Shown: positions 20,357-30,446 of the stretch, in pieces
Layout of the letters: the number at the start of each line of letters is the position of its first letter
Numbering within the stretch: the first letter of the stretch is position 1
NCBI GenBank assembly: GCA_036399735.1
Contig: DASWMN010000003.1
Coordinates: 11,399 to 75,398, forward strand
Origin: Telluria sp.
GTDB taxonomy: Bacteria; Pseudomonadota; Gammaproteobacteria; Burkholderiales; Burkholderiaceae_D
Length of the DNA: 64,000 bases
Direction: 5' to 3'
The notes under the pieces: generated by a model
Told to the model about the DNA's origin: nothing
The model's database searches: none
The model's input: only the letters and a program-made list of their open reading frames with translations
Program-made: the position numbers and the translations under genes

Positions 20357-22108
20357 ATGTCCCGCAAGCTGCCGCGTCACCTGAGCCTGACCCTGTGCGT
20401 CCTGCTCGTTTTCCCGTCCGCCTTTGCCAAGACCCCGCTTGCCACCGGGCGCGGCGGCGCCGTCGCCACCATCAGCGACCAGGCCTCGCACGCCGCCCTG
20501 GGCATCCTGAACAAGGGTGGCAATGCGATCGATGCGGCGGTGGCCGCCGCCGCCACGCTGGGCGTGACCGACCCCTACAGCTGCGGCATCGGCGGCGGCG
20601 GTTTCATGGTGATTTATCTGGCCAAGGAAAAACGCGTGATCACCATCGATCACCGCGAAATGGCGCCGGCCTCGAGCACGACCACCATGTTCCAGGAAAA
20701 CGGCAAGGACCTCGAGCTCGAAACGGCGCTGGCCAGCGGCGCGGCAGTCGGCGTGCCCGGCACCGTGCGTGGCTGGCACGAGGCGCTCAGCCGCTACGGC
20801 ACCATGTCCTTCAAACAGGTGCTGGCGCCGGCGATCGAGGTGGCCAACAAGGGCTTCCCCGTCACCGAACATTTTCGCCAAATGACGGTTGAAAATGAGA
20901 AGAAATTTCAAGCCTTCACCAGCAGCAGCGCGCTCTATTTAAAGGATGGCAAAGCGCTCCCGGTGGGGACCGTGATCCGCAATTCCGGCATGGCGCGCGC
21001 CTACCAGGAAATCAGCGACAAAGGCCAGAAGGCGTTTTACAGCGGCCCCATGGCGCGTGCGATTGTGGCAGCCGTCAACCAGCCGCCGGTGGCGCCGGGC
21101 GTGCGCATCCGCGCAGGCAATATGACCCTGGCCGATCTGGCCAACTACGAGGCGCGCATTCGCCAGCCGGTGCGCAGCACCTACCGCGGCTACGACGTGG
21201 TTGGCATGCCCTTACCGAGCAGTGGCGGCGTGGCGGTCGCAGAAGCGCTTAACATCCTGGAAGCGTACGACCTGAAAGCGATGCCGCGCACCAGCGCCGA
21301 GCACCTGTATCTGGAAGCGAGCCGGCTCGCCTTCGCCGACCGCAATGCCTATCTGGCCGATCCGGAGTATGCCGAAGCGCCGGTCGCCGGCCTGCTGAGC
21401 AAGGACTATGCGGTGCGGCGCCGCGCCCAGATCAGCGCCACGCGCGCGGGCGGCAAGGTGGCGGCAGGCGATCCCTACCCATTCCAGAGCGACCCCAGCG
21501 TGCCGCAGCGCCCGCAGCCGTCACGCATGATGGCCGAGAATGCGCACACCACCCATCTGGCGCTGTCGGACAAAGAAGGCAATATCGTCTCGTACACGTT
21601 CACCATTGAAGCCTGGGGAGGCAGCGGCATCGTGGTGCCGGGCTACGGCTTCCTGCTCAATAACGAGATGACCGATTTCGACTTCAGCGGCAGCAATCCG
21701 AATCTGCCGGAACCGGGCAAGCGCCCGCGCAGCAGCATGTCGCCGACCATCGTGTTCAAGGGCGGCAAGCCGGCGTTCACGTTGGGCAGCCCGGGCGGCG
21801 CCACCATCATCACGACGGTGCTGCAGACCATTGTCAATCACCTCGACTTTGGCATGCCGATGGATGCGGCCATCAATGCGCCGCGCCTGAGCCAGCGCGA
21901 CGATGTGACCACCGATATCGAGCCGGGCTTCGATGGTACTTTGCAGTCGCAGGGCCTGGAAAAGCTGGGCCACAAGTGGACCGCCAAGCCCGAGGAAATC
22001 GGCGCCGCGAATGCCATCGTGTTCAACGCCGATGGCACGGTGACGGCCGTGAGCGAGGGCAAACGGCACGGGGTGGGCAGCGCGCTGGTGCAAAAACCGG
22101 CACGCTGA
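20357..22108 (+). CDS. ggt: Gamma-glutamyltransferase
   Basis: Signal peptide, GGNAIDAAVAAA, GIGGGGF, nucleophile HTTH, PGKRPRSSMSPT and GSPGG. Confidence 0.95.
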   Translation: MSRKLPRHLSLTLCVLLVFPSAFAKTPLATGRGGAVATISDQASHAALGILNKGGNAIDAAVAAAATLGVTDPYSCGIGGGGFMVIYLAKEKRVITIDHREMAPASSTTTMFQENGKDLELETALASGAAVGVPGTVRGWHEALSRYGTMSFKQVLAPAIEVANKGFPVTEHFRQMTVENEKKFQAFTSSSALYLKDGKALPVGTVIRNSGMARAYQEISDKGQKAFYSGPMARAIVAAVNQPPVAPGVRIRAGNMTLADLANYEARIRQPVRSTYRGYDVVGMPLPSSGGVAVAEALNILEAYDLKAMPRTSAEHLYLEASRLAFADRNAYLADPEYAEAPVAGLLSKDYAVRRRAQISATRAGGKVAAGDPYPFQSDPSVPQRPQPSRMMAENAHTTHLALSDKEGNIVSYTFTIEAWGGSGIVVPGYGFLLNNEMTDFDFSGSNPNLPEPGKRPRSSMSPTIVFKGGKPAFTLGSPGGATIITTVLQTIVNHLDFGMPMDAAINAPRLSQRDDVTTDIEPGFDGTLQSQGLEKLGHKWTAKPEEIGAANAIVFNADGTVTAVSEGKRHGVGSALVQKPAR

Positions 22109-22112
22109 TCAC

Positions 22113-23522
22113 TCAGTGCATGCGGCCGGCCGGGAACGCGACCGCGCCGCGCTGCATGCGGCGCCAGCGCACGCTGAGGAAGGCCAGCGACGTGCCTGTC
22201 ATCAGCGCCAGCGCTACAAGCCATATGGCGTTGTCGGCGCGCAGGACGATGCCCAGCGCAGCGATCAGCAGCATCCACCCCACCAGCAAGACAGTCGGCC
22301 AGGTCGGACCCTGCGGCTTGCGCGCAAAATCGTCAAGGGCCGTCCCGACGCCGGCCAGCAGCCCCGCGGACACGACAGCCATGATGCGCCATTGCCCGCT
22401 ATTGGCATCCCATTGCCAGAGCAACAGCATGACCAGGGCTAGAGTGGCCACCCACTCGCGCAGACAGATTTCCACAATGCGCCGGCCCAGGACCTGATTG
22501 AACTGCCGCCCGCCAGGCAGGCCGGGCACCAGGCGCAACACAGCCTGTTCATTGGGCGTGCTGCGGATGCTCAAGGGGACACGCGCCCAGCAGATCAGCA
22601 TGCCCGCGATGATGCCACCGGTGACCGGCTGGCCCACTGCCCTGATCGCGTCCTCCACTGGCAGCCCCAGTACCACCATCAGCGGACGAACACACAGCAG
22701 CAGCGCCGCCCACCCGGCCATCACGCCAAGCAAATGGAAACGGTGGTTGCGCGGCCCCACGCCGTGCAGCAGCATGTCGGCGGGACGCGCACTGCGGCGC
22801 AGATCGCGCGCCAGTACCCGGGCGAACAAGCTGTTCCTGCCTGCATTGCCACGGGTGAATCTGTCCCATTCCGCCAGATCGAGCATGGCCACCAGGCGGC
22901 GCTGCTTGTAGCGCATATCCCAGTGACGCTCTCCCGCGGCCGGAAACGCGTGCCACAAGGCCCAGGCCGCATAACCCAGACAGGCCAGCGTCAGCAGGGC
23001 CAGGACCGCGGGCCGCTGCAGATGGGCCGCCAAGCCATCGGACACCGACGCAAAAACATACAGCAAGCCCACTGCCGTGAAGACGACGGAACCATCCTCG
23101 CGGCCGGCCAGCGTCAGCCCGAGGCTCGAAATTGCCAGCCCCAGCAAGGGCAGCAGCAGCGCGCCATCCGGATGGCCATACGCCAGTGGCAGCATCAGCG
23201 TCATGGTTGCCAGCCAGCCGGCAATCACCGCCTGGCGGACGGCGCGGTTCAGACCAGGCACGAGGCGCGCGTTGGCTGGCGAATTCTGCCGCGCCGCGCC
23301 GCTGATAAACGCGGCCCACCACCAGGCGGCCGTGAACGCCAGCACGGCGCCACCGAGCTGACAGCCCGTGCGGAACCCGTCCGGACCGATCAGCCATCCC
23401 GCCGCAAAGAACACCAGCGCGATCATCAGGAACAGCGCCGACACCCAGAACAGGCTGCGTGCGCTTTCGCCATCCAGGGCGGCCCGGCCCACGCGCGGCC
23501 AATGCATCACGGGCGCGCTCAT
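22113..23522 (-). CDS. Polytopic membrane protein, probable ABC permease
   Basis: About 12 hydrophobic segments and a 4-bp overlap with the ABC ATPase. Confidence 0.7.
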   Translation of the reverse strand: MSAPVMHWPRVGRAALDGESARSLFWVSALFLMIALVFFAAGWLIGPDGFRTGCQLGGAVLAFTAAWWWAAFISGAARQNSPANARLVPGLNRAVRQAVIAGWLATMTLMLPLAYGHPDGALLLPLLGLAISSLGLTLAGREDGSVVFTAVGLLYVFASVSDGLAAHLQRPAVLALLTLACLGYAAWALWHAFPAAGERHWDMRYKQRRLVAMLDLAEWDRFTRGNAGRNSLFARVLARDLRRSARPADMLLHGVGPRNHRFHLLGVMAGWAALLLCVRPLMVVLGLPVEDAIRAVGQPVTGGIIAGMLICWARVPLSIRSTPNEQAVLRLVPGLPGGRQFNQVLGRRIVEICLREWVATLALVMLLLWQWDANSGQWRIMAVVSAGLLAGVGTALDDFARKPQGPTWPTVLLVGWMLLIAALGIVLRADNAIWLVALALMTGTSLAFLSVRWRRMQRGAVAFPAGRMH

Positions 23523-24397
23523 TTGGTCACCTCGACAAACAGGTCTTCCAGACTCATGGTCTCGATGCGCAGCGCGCGCTCGCGCGCGGCCAATGCTTCA
23601 AGCGCGGCACCAGCCCCGCACGTGACAACTTCGGTGATGCCGTCGCGTCTGGCGTGGCGCCGCAGCTCGCCCTCGACCGCCACGCTGTCAAGCAGCACGC
23701 TTGGCCCGGTCACGCGGCGCGACTTTTCCAGCAGACCGTCAAGGTCGCCCTGCAGCGCGATCTTGCCGTCTTTGAGGAAGGCCAGGTCGAGCGCGACCCG
23801 CTCCAGATCGGACAGAATGTGGGTCGAAAACAGTACCGTCGTATCGCGTTCAATGACACCGTCAACCAGTTCGCGCAGGAAGTCGCGGCGCCCGACCGGG
23901 TCAAGGGCAGAAACCGGCTCGTCGAGTACCAGCAAGTCCGGATCATGGGCCAGCGCCCGGATAATCGACAGGCGCTGCTTCTCGCCACCGGACAGCTTGC
24001 TGATAGGGCGCTCGCATTTGAGCTGGTCGAATCCCCAGCGCGCCAACAGCGCCGCCACCTTGCCATCGTTCCAGCGCGGGTACAGGGCCTTGAAATAGGC
24101 CAGCAACTGCAGCGGCGACATCCAACCGAACAGATCGGCCTCCTGCGGCACATAGCCGATACGGGCCCGCGCTTCAGGCGACAAATTGGCCACGTCTTCG
24201 CCAAAGATGCGCACGCTGCCGGCATCGGTTTCGCGCAGTCCCAGCAGGCACTCGAACAGGGTCGATATGCCACTGCCGTTGCGCCCGAGCAGACCGACTA
24301 CCTGCCCGCGACGGATCTGCCAGTTGAGCTCACCGAGCACGCGCTGGTGGCCGTAATACTTGTCGATGCTGCTGATGTCGATGATCGGTGCGCTCAT
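23519..24397 (-). CDS. ABC transporter ATP-binding protein (Walker A reads GRNGSGIST)
   Basis: LSGGEKQR signature, LVLDEP Walker B and STH H-loop are present. The Walker A Lys codon reads ATA (24266-24268, minus strand). Confidence 0.9.
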   Translation of the reverse strand: MSAPIIDISSIDKYYGHQRVLGELNWQIRRGQVVGLLGRNGSGISTLFECLLGLRETDAGSVRIFGEDVANLSPEARARIGYVPQEADLFGWMSPLQLLAYFKALYPRWNDGKVAALLARWGFDQLKCERPISKLSGGEKQRLSIIRALAHDPDLLVLDEPVSALDPVGRRDFLRELVDGVIERDTTVLFSTHILSDLERVALDLAFLKDGKIALQGDLDGLLEKSRRVTGPSVLLDSVAVEGELRRHARRDGITEVVTCGAGAALEALAARERALRIETMSLEDLFVEVTK

Positions 24398-24792
24398 GGC
24401 TTGGCTTTCAAAATGTCTTTAAAAAGGGCGAGGACGGTGTCGGGATCGAGTTCGAGCTGGCGCGCTTCGAGCGCCGCGCGCGCCAGGGTGGGCCGCAGCA
24501 GCTCGGCGCGGCTGGCCACGCTGTGCGCCGTTTTGGGGGCCTCGGACACGACCATGCCGAGGCCGCGCCTGCGCGTCAGTGCCCCTTCCATCTCGAGCAG
24601 GCCGTAGGCCTTGGAGACGGTCATGGGGTTCAGCGCCAGGGCCTGGGCGATCTCGCGCACCGAGGGCATGGCGTCGCCGGGGGCGAGCTGGCCGCCGGCG
24701 ATCAGGCGCCGGGCCTGCTCCACCAGCTGGCGGTAGATCGGCTCGGCGGAGCCGGTGGCGATGGAAAACAGATTGGGTGGGTGCGTGGTCAT
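24394..24792 (-). CDS. GntR family regulator, YtrA subtype
   Basis: PIYRQLVEQ...MPSVREIAQALALNPMTVSKAY, short C-terminus, coupled to an ABC ATPase. Confidence 0.9.
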   Translation of the reverse strand: MTTHPPNLFSIATGSAEPIYRQLVEQARRLIAGGQLAPGDAMPSVREIAQALALNPMTVSKAYGLLEMEGALTRRRGLGMVVSEAPKTAHSVASRAELLRPTLARAALEARQLELDPDTVLALFKDILKAKP

Positions 24793-24805
24793 GCGCTCTC
24801 GCTAA

Positions 24806-24840
24806 CGTATACGTATATTAATTAAGTAATACAGTATACG
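24806..24840. promoter_or_regulatory. AT-rich imperfect palindrome, putative YtrA-type operator
   Basis: CGTATAC-gtatattaattaagtaataca-GTATACG, 14 bp upstream of the GntR start. Confidence 0.6.
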
Positions 24841-24942
24841 TGAGCAAATACGCAGTCAAGCGATTTTTGGAAAAAGGGAGAACGACAAGAGGCGGCAACA
24901 CCCCGAACGCCGGTACGCTCGGGGCATCGCCTGGTAAAGCGA

Positions 24943-25524
24943 TTACAGGTGTGGAATGATCTGCGACATCAGGTCGTCGAAGGTGCGGCCATTGCCGTTT
25001 TCGCCGATCGCGTGCATTTTCCATTCATTGTTGTGACGGTACAGCTTGGCCATGATCTGGGCCGTGTGCGAACCTTGCACCGACAGATCGTACTTGGCCA
25101 CTTCCTTGTTGTTGGACGTGTTGACGATGCGGCAGAAGGCATTCTGCACCTGGGCGAAGCTCTGGCCCGTGAAGCTGTTCACGGTAAACACCAGCGACTT
25201 GACGTTGGACGGTACATTGGCCAGGTCGACAATGATCTGCTCGTCGTCGCCGTCGCCGGCGCCGGTGCGGTTGTCGCCGGTGTGGACGATGCTGCCGTCA
25301 CGGCTTTTCAGCTGGCGGAACCAGACGATATCGACCGGCTTGTTGGCGTCGTCGAACATGACGCAGGACGCGTCCAGGTCGATGGTTTCGGTCTTGCCGC
25401 CAAAACCGAAGATGCCCTTGGTTTTGACTGCGTCCCAGCCCAGACCCATGGTGATTTTGGTGAGGGTGCCGCCCGCTTCTTTATCGAGCGAGATCTTCTG
25501 GCCTTTTTGCAGATTGACTGACAT
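24943..25524 (-). CDS. terZ: TerD-family protein (TerZ-like)
   Basis: NLQKGQKISL, GLGWD, DLDASC and [13 protein letters not shown]. The insertion GIFGFGG is TerZ-like. Confidence 0.8.
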   Translation of the reverse strand: MSVNLQKGQKISLDKEAGGTLTKITMGLGWDAVKTKGIFGFGGKTETIDLDASCVMFDDANKPVDIVWFRQLKSRDGSIVHTGDNRTGAGDGDDEQIIVDLANVPSNVKSLVFTVNSFTGQSFAQVQNAFCRIVNTSNNKEVAKYDLSVQGSHTAQIMAKLYRHNNEWKMHAIGENGNGRTFDDLMSQIIPHL

Positions 25525-25546
25525 TTTGACTCCTTATTTTTCGGAA

Positions 25547-26248
25547 TTAGCGGCCCGAGGCCTGCTGGATTACCCAAGCACGAAACGATTCGCGGTTGCG
25601 TGAACACACATACACTTTGCCATTGCCGGAGAACTTGAGCACCATCCCCTCGCCGCTGGTCTGGCTGTTGATCAGGTTGCCGATGAAGCCCCCGCTCTGG
25701 CCCGTCGTGATCGAAATTTCGTAGCGCAGCGCGCTATCCCAGCACACCACGTGCGAATTGTCGATCGTGATGTCCTTGCCTGCGGTGACTTCCAGCTCCG
25801 ACATCGAGCCGAAGCCCGACACCACAACCTGGCCGTTGCCGCTGGTTTCAGTGACGAAGAAGCCGCCGCTGTTGGCGAACAGCGCATTGCCCAGGCTTTG
25901 CGTACGCACCTTCAGCTCCACCTTGGAACTGGCGGCGACAAACGCGCCGTCGCTGAGCATGTACTGGCGCTGGCCGACATCGACCACCTGCATCGCACCA
26001 GGCAGCGTGGGCGACAGCAGGCAATCGCCGCCGTCGCGCACTGCTTCAATGTGCTGCTGGAAGAACGATTCGCCATTGGCGAAGCGGCGCATCAACGCCG
26101 CGCCGAAGCCGCCGCGCATCTGACCTTTCAGGTCGAGACCGGACTCCATCATCACCATCGCACCGGACTCGCAGTAGATGGTTTCGCCGCGCGTCATGGA
26201 CACGTGGAGGAACGGATCGACGTCCCCGGTTACGGTAAACACTGGCAT
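25547..26248 (-). CDS. AIM24 / TIGR00266 family protein
   Basis: GETIYCESGAMVMM, NGESFFQ, DGAFVA, IDNSHVVCWD and SGEGMVLKFSGNG. Confidence 0.85.
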   Translation of the reverse strand: MPVFTVTGDVDPFLHVSMTRGETIYCESGAMVMMESGLDLKGQMRGGFGAALMRRFANGESFFQQHIEAVRDGGDCLLSPTLPGAMQVVDVGQRQYMLSDGAFVAASSKVELKVRTQSLGNALFANSGGFFVTETSGNGQVVVSGFGSMSELEVTAGKDITIDNSHVVCWDSALRYEISITTGQSGGFIGNLINSQTSGEGMVLKFSGNGKVYVCSRNRESFRAWVIQQASGR

Positions 26249-26263
26249 GGGAAAACTCCTTTA

Positions 26264-26298
26264 GTTGCGCGGCCCGCGCACACTGCGCGGGCCGCAAC
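26264..26298 (-). terminator. GC-rich hairpin downstream of terD
   Basis: GCGGCCCGCGCA-cac-TGCGCGGGCCGC. Confidence 0.55.
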
Positions 26299-26302
26299 AC
26301 AA

Positions 26303-26878
26303 TTACACGTTGACGCCGTAATTCTTGGCCAGCGGTCCCAGGCCGCCCTTGAAGCCCTGGCCGATGGCCTTGAACTTCCAGTCGGTGCCGGCCCGGTAGA
26401 CTTCACCGAAGATCATGGCCGCTTCCGTCGAGCCGTCTTCCGACAGGTCGAAGCGGGCGATCTCGGCGTTGCCGCTGGCGTTGACGCAACGAACGAAAGC
26501 CTTCGATACCATGCCGAAGTTCTGGCGGCGTGCTTCAGCGTCGTGGATGGTGACGGCGAAGATCACTTTCTCGACATCGGCAGGCACTTTAGTCAGATCG
26601 ATGGTGACGGTTTCGTCGTCGCCGTCGCCGGCGCCGGTGGTGTTGTCACCGGAGTGGACAACCGAACCGTCGGTCGATTTGAGGTTATTGTAGAACACGA
26701 AGTCGGCATCGGAGCGAACTTTGCCTTCGGCATTGACGAGGAAGACCGCGCCATCCAGGTCGAAGCCGGCACCGTCGGTGGCGCGCGTGTCCCAGCCGAG
26801 GCCGACGATCATTTTCGACAAGCCAGGTGCTTCTTTGCTCAGGTTGACGTTGCCGCCTTTTTGCAGACTGATAGCCAT
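26303..26878 (-). CDS. terD: TerD/TerE tellurium-resistance family protein
   Basis: [42 protein letters not shown] and [14 protein letters not shown]. Confidence 0.92.
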   Translation of the reverse strand: MAISLQKGGNVNLSKEAPGLSKMIVGLGWDTRATDGAGFDLDGAVFLVNAEGKVRSDADFVFYNNLKSTDGSVVHSGDNTTGAGDGDDETVTIDLTKVPADVEKVIFAVTIHDAEARRQNFGMVSKAFVRCVNASGNAEIARFDLSEDGSTEAAMIFGEVYRAGTDWKFKAIGQGFKGGLGPLAKNYGVNV

Positions 26879-26978
26879 AGTATGTTTCTCCAGTTAAATG
26901 TACGAGTTTTTCTTCAATGAACACCGGGTCTTGCAAAACGCAGCGAACTGGTGTTCTTCCGTTCGCCGCGACTTTCTT

Positions 26979-28031
26979 TTAAGCGGTCAGCAGCTTCGCT
27001 TGATTCCTGTGCCGCACCGAGGACCACAGCGAGGCCACGATGAAGGCCACGCCAATCAGGCCGGTGAAGATTTCCGGAATATGGAACTTCATACTGGCCA
27101 GCATAATCAGGGCCAGGATACCAATCGCATAGTGCGCGCCGTGCTCCAGGTAGACATATTCATCGAGCGTGCCCTGCCTGACCAAAAACACCGTCATCGA
27201 ACGCCCGAACATGGCACCGATCGCCAGGCCCAGCATGATGATGACCACGTCGTTGGTAATTGCAAAGGCGCCGATCACACCATCGAAGCTGAAGGACGCG
27301 TCCAGCACTTCCAGGTACAGGAAGCCGGCAATACCACCGCGCTTGACCATGTCGCCCACGTTGCCGTCCGCTTCTTCCGAGCCTTCTAGCAGGCCGGACA
27401 GCATGTCCACGCCAACATAAATCATGATGCCCCACAGACCGGACAGCAGCACCACCAGTTTCTGGCCTTCTTCCACCAGGCCCATGCTCGCCATCAGCGC
27501 GCCCAGGGCGATCATCACCGAGATCGAGGACACCTTGCCCAGCGCACCGAGCTTGGCTTCCACGTTGCCCAGCCAATGCATTTCCTTCTCATCGTCCAGC
27601 AGGAAGTTCAGGAACACCAGCAGCAGGAACATACCGCCAAAGGCTGCCACTTCCGCGTGGTGGTTGGTCAGGTGGGTCGAGAACGCTTTCGGATCGGACA
27701 GCGCCAGGTTCCACACCTCGCCCATGCCCAGATCGGCGGCCACGGCCACAATCACCAGCGGGAACACCAGGCGCATACCGAACACGGCAATGATGATGCC
27801 CACGCCCAGGAACAGCTTTTGCCAGAATTCGTCCCAAGTCTTGAGGACCGATGCATTGACCACCGCGTTATCGAACGACAGCGACACTTCCATCACCGCC
27901 AGAATGGCGGCAATACCGAGCGCCGTCAGCGCCGCGGCCGCCGGCGCGTTGCCGCCGTGCGTATAGCCCCACCAGGCGGCCAGGCCCAGGCAGATCACCG
28001 TGACGATGATGGACCACTTGAAATGCTTCAT
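26979..28031 (-). CDS. DUF475 / TerC-related membrane protein
   Basis: EVSLSFDNAVVNA, GMRLVFPL, LEVLDASFSFDGVIGAFAIT and YLEHGAHYAI. Confidence 0.88.
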   Translation of the reverse strand: MKHFKWSIIVTVICLGLAAWWGYTHGGNAPAAAALTALGIAAILAVMEVSLSFDNAVVNASVLKTWDEFWQKLFLGVGIIIAVFGMRLVFPLVIVAVAADLGMGEVWNLALSDPKAFSTHLTNHHAEVAAFGGMFLLLVFLNFLLDDEKEMHWLGNVEAKLGALGKVSSISVMIALGALMASMGLVEEGQKLVVLLSGLWGIMIYVGVDMLSGLLEGSEEADGNVGDMVKRGGIAGFLYLEVLDASFSFDGVIGAFAITNDVVIIMLGLAIGAMFGRSMTVFLVRQGTLDEYVYLEHGAHYAIGILALIMLASMKFHIPEIFTGLIGVAFIVASLWSSVRHRNQAKLLTA

Positions 28032-28141
28032 ATTCTATTTCTCCCTTGTTATTAATCAAATACCGTGGGACACAGTGTAGCCCTTGCGAATAAATTTAAA
28101 AATAGGAGATAATGAGAGAATTACTTCGGAAAAACAGAACT

Positions 28142-29050
28142 ATGAAGAACACCGGCATGAATTTCCGACACCTGTATTACTTCTGGGTAGTGGCCAAAGA
28201 AGGCGGCATCACGCGCGCCGCCACCCGCCTGGGCCTGGCAGTGCAGACCATCAGCACCCAGCTGGCGCTGCTTGAGCAGCAGGTCGGCAAGTCGCTGTTC
28301 ATGCCCCAAGGCAGGACGCTGGTGCTGACCGAGGCGGGGCGTCTGGCCATGGCGTATGCCGACCAGATCTTTCTGCTGGGCGAACAGTTGCAGGAAGCCC
28401 TGGGCGCGGCCGACAGCAAACGCACCCGGCTGACTGTTGGCATTTCCGACTCGCTGCCCAAGCTGACCGCCTTCCGCCTGCTCGAAGCGACCATGCACCT
28501 GACCAACCCGGTGCACCTGGTGTGTTTTGAAGACCAGTTCGACGCCCTGCTGGCCGACCTGGCCCTGCACAAGCTGGACGTGGTGCTGACCGACCGCGCG
28601 GTGCGCTCCGGCACCACTTTGCGCGTGTTCAGCCACATGCTGTTCGAGAGCGCGACCATTGTGGCGGGCGCGCCGGCCCTGGCTGCGGTATATACAGAAG
28701 GCTTCCCCGGCAGTCTGGACGATGCCCCCTTCCTGCTGCCGACCCGCAACAATGCCCTGCGCGGGCGCATTGACGAATGGTTCGAACTGCACCATGTGCG
28801 CCCGGACGTGGTGGGTGAGTTCGAGGACAACGCTCTGCTCAACACCTTCGGACGACGCGGCGCTGGCCTGTTCTTCGCCCCGGCGGCGCTGGCCGGCGAT
28901 ATCCAGGAGCAGTTCGGCGCCTTGCTGGTGGGCCAGGTGCCCCAGGTGCGCGAACAGGTATTTGCCATTTCGAACGAGCGCAAGATCAAGCATCCGGCAG
29001 TCGAGGCAATACTTTCCGCGGTGCACGAGGGTGTCTTCAGCAGTCCATGA
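28142..29050 (+). CDS. nhaR: LysR family activator NhaR-like
   Basis: MNFRHLYYFWVVAKEGGITRAA...QTISTQL..LE, VGISDSLPKL and RKIKHPAV. Start is 28142 or 28157. Confidence 0.85.
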   Translation: MKNTGMNFRHLYYFWVVAKEGGITRAATRLGLAVQTISTQLALLEQQVGKSLFMPQGRTLVLTEAGRLAMAYADQIFLLGEQLQEALGAADSKRTRLTVGISDSLPKLTAFRLLEATMHLTNPVHLVCFEDQFDALLADLALHKLDVVLTDRAVRSGTTLRVFSHMLFESATIVAGAPALAAVYTEGFPGSLDDAPFLLPTRNNALRGRIDEWFELHHVRPDVVGEFEDNALLNTFGRRGAGLFFAPAALAGDIQEQFGALLVGQVPQVREQVFAISNERKIKHPAVEAILSAVHEGVFSSP

Positions 29051-29105
29051 ACGGTACAATGCCCCTTCCGGCCTCAACGGCCAACCCGGGAACCATCTTT
29101 TTTTT

Positions 29106-30446
29106 ATGCATAATGCCTTATTAGTTCTGCTCGCCCTGTTTCTGGTCGTGCTGAATGGCTTCTTCGTCGCTGCCGAGTTCGGCATCGTCACCCTCCGTAA
29201 AACCCGCGTGCGCGCCATTGCCAAAAGCCAGGGCGTACGTGGCCGCGTGCTCGGCAAGGTCCACGGCCAGCTCGACGCCTACCTGTCCGCCTGCCAGCTC
29301 GGCATCACGCTCGCCTCGCTGGGCCTGGGCTGGGTGGGGGAACCGGCGTTTGCCGGCCTGATCGAGCCCGCCTTTGCGCTGCTTGGCGTGACCTCGCAAG
29401 CGGTCGTGCACTCGGTCTCCTTCGTGGTGGCGTTCAGCGTGATCTCCTTCCTGCACATCGTGGTGGGCGAACTGGCGCCGAAATCGCTGGCGATCCGCAA
29501 TCCCGAAGTGGTGGGCCTGTGGACGGCCCCGGCGCTGTACGTGTTTTACTGGACCATGTATCCCGCCATCTACCTGCTGAACGGCAGCGCGAATGCCGTG
29601 CTGCGCCTTGCGGGCCTGTCGGGCAAGGGCGGGCACGACGCGCACTATTCGACCGACGAGCTCAAGCTGATTTTGCGGACCAGCCAGCCGGGCGAAAAAT
29701 TCACCCGTGACGAGCGCCACATCCTGGCGCAGTCGCTCGACTTCTCGCAGCTGTCGGTGGCCGATCTGATGCGTCCGATCAATGAAGTGATTTCCCTGCA
29801 TGCCGACAAATCGCTGGAAGACAACCTGCAGACGGTGGTGCGCAACCGCTTCAGCCGCTACCCGTATTTCGATGCGAATGGCGAAGACGTGCTGGGCGTG
29901 ATCCACCTGAAGGATCTGTTCTTCGCCCAGCAGGCAGGCAAGAAAATTACTGACCTGACGTCCTACCTGCGGCCGGTGGAAACCATGTCCGCGCGCACGC
30001 CGGCGCAGACCATGTTCCGACGTTTTCGCGATGGCGCACCGCACTTCGCGCTGATCGGCGAAAAAGGCAAGCGGCCAGTGGGCTTTATCACGCTGGACAA
30101 TCTGCTGGGCGCTATGGTGGGTGAAATCCGCGACGAATTCCGGCTCAACGAAAACGACTGGCTGCGTCAGCCGGACGGGACCCTGATCGGGAAAGCCAGT
30201 TTGCCGATCTTCTCGCTCGAGCGGATTCTGGGGCGCGACATCGACAATGAAACGCTGGGGCTGGACGAAGTGGAATCGGTGGGCGGCCTGATCATGGTCA
30301 AGCTGGGCGACATCCCGAAGCAGGGTCAAAAGATTGAATTCCCCTACTTCGACATCGTCGTCAAAAAAATGAACGGTCCCCGCATCGTGCTGGTGAAAGT
30401 CATCCCCCAAACCACCCGCGCCGGCGACCCCGACGACCACGACTAA
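29106..30446 (+). CDS. Hemolysin-family / CNNM-CorC protein (DUF21 + 2 CBS + CorC domains)
   Basis: LNGFFVAAEF, LSACQLGITLASLGLGW.GEP, HIVVGELAPKS, SRYPY and GEIRDE. Confidence 0.92.
   Translation: MHNALLVLLALFLVVLNGFFVAAEFGIVTLRKTRVRAIAKSQGVRGRVLGKVHGQLDAYLSACQLGITLASLGLGWVGEPAFAGLIEPAFALLGVTSQAVVHSVSFVVAFSVISFLHIVVGELAPKSLAIRNPEVVGLWTAPALYVFYWTMYPAIYLLNGSANAVLRLAGLSGKGGHDAHYSTDELKLILRTSQPGEKFTRDERHILAQSLDFSQLSVADLMRPINEVISLHADKSLEDNLQTVVRNRFSRYPYFDANGEDVLGVIHLKDLFFAQQAGKKITDLTSYLRPVETMSARTPAQTMFRRFRDGAPHFALIGEKGKRPVGFITLDNLLGAMVGEIRDEFRLNENDWLRQPDGTLIGKASLPIFSLERILGRDIDNETLGLDEVESVGGLIMVKLGDIPKQGQKIEFPYFDIVVKKMNGPRIVLVKVIPQTTRAGDPDDHD

Noticed and set aside
27200-27210. MFGRS in the DUF475 protein where I recall MFVRS
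   Set aside because: It is a single-base difference that may be a polymorphism or an error, and the consensus is from memory. It is used only as a caution for the Walker A finding.
29106-30446. Hemolysin toxin
   Set aside because: The domain pattern is DUF21-CBS-CorC (metal transporter family). The hemolysin label is historical.
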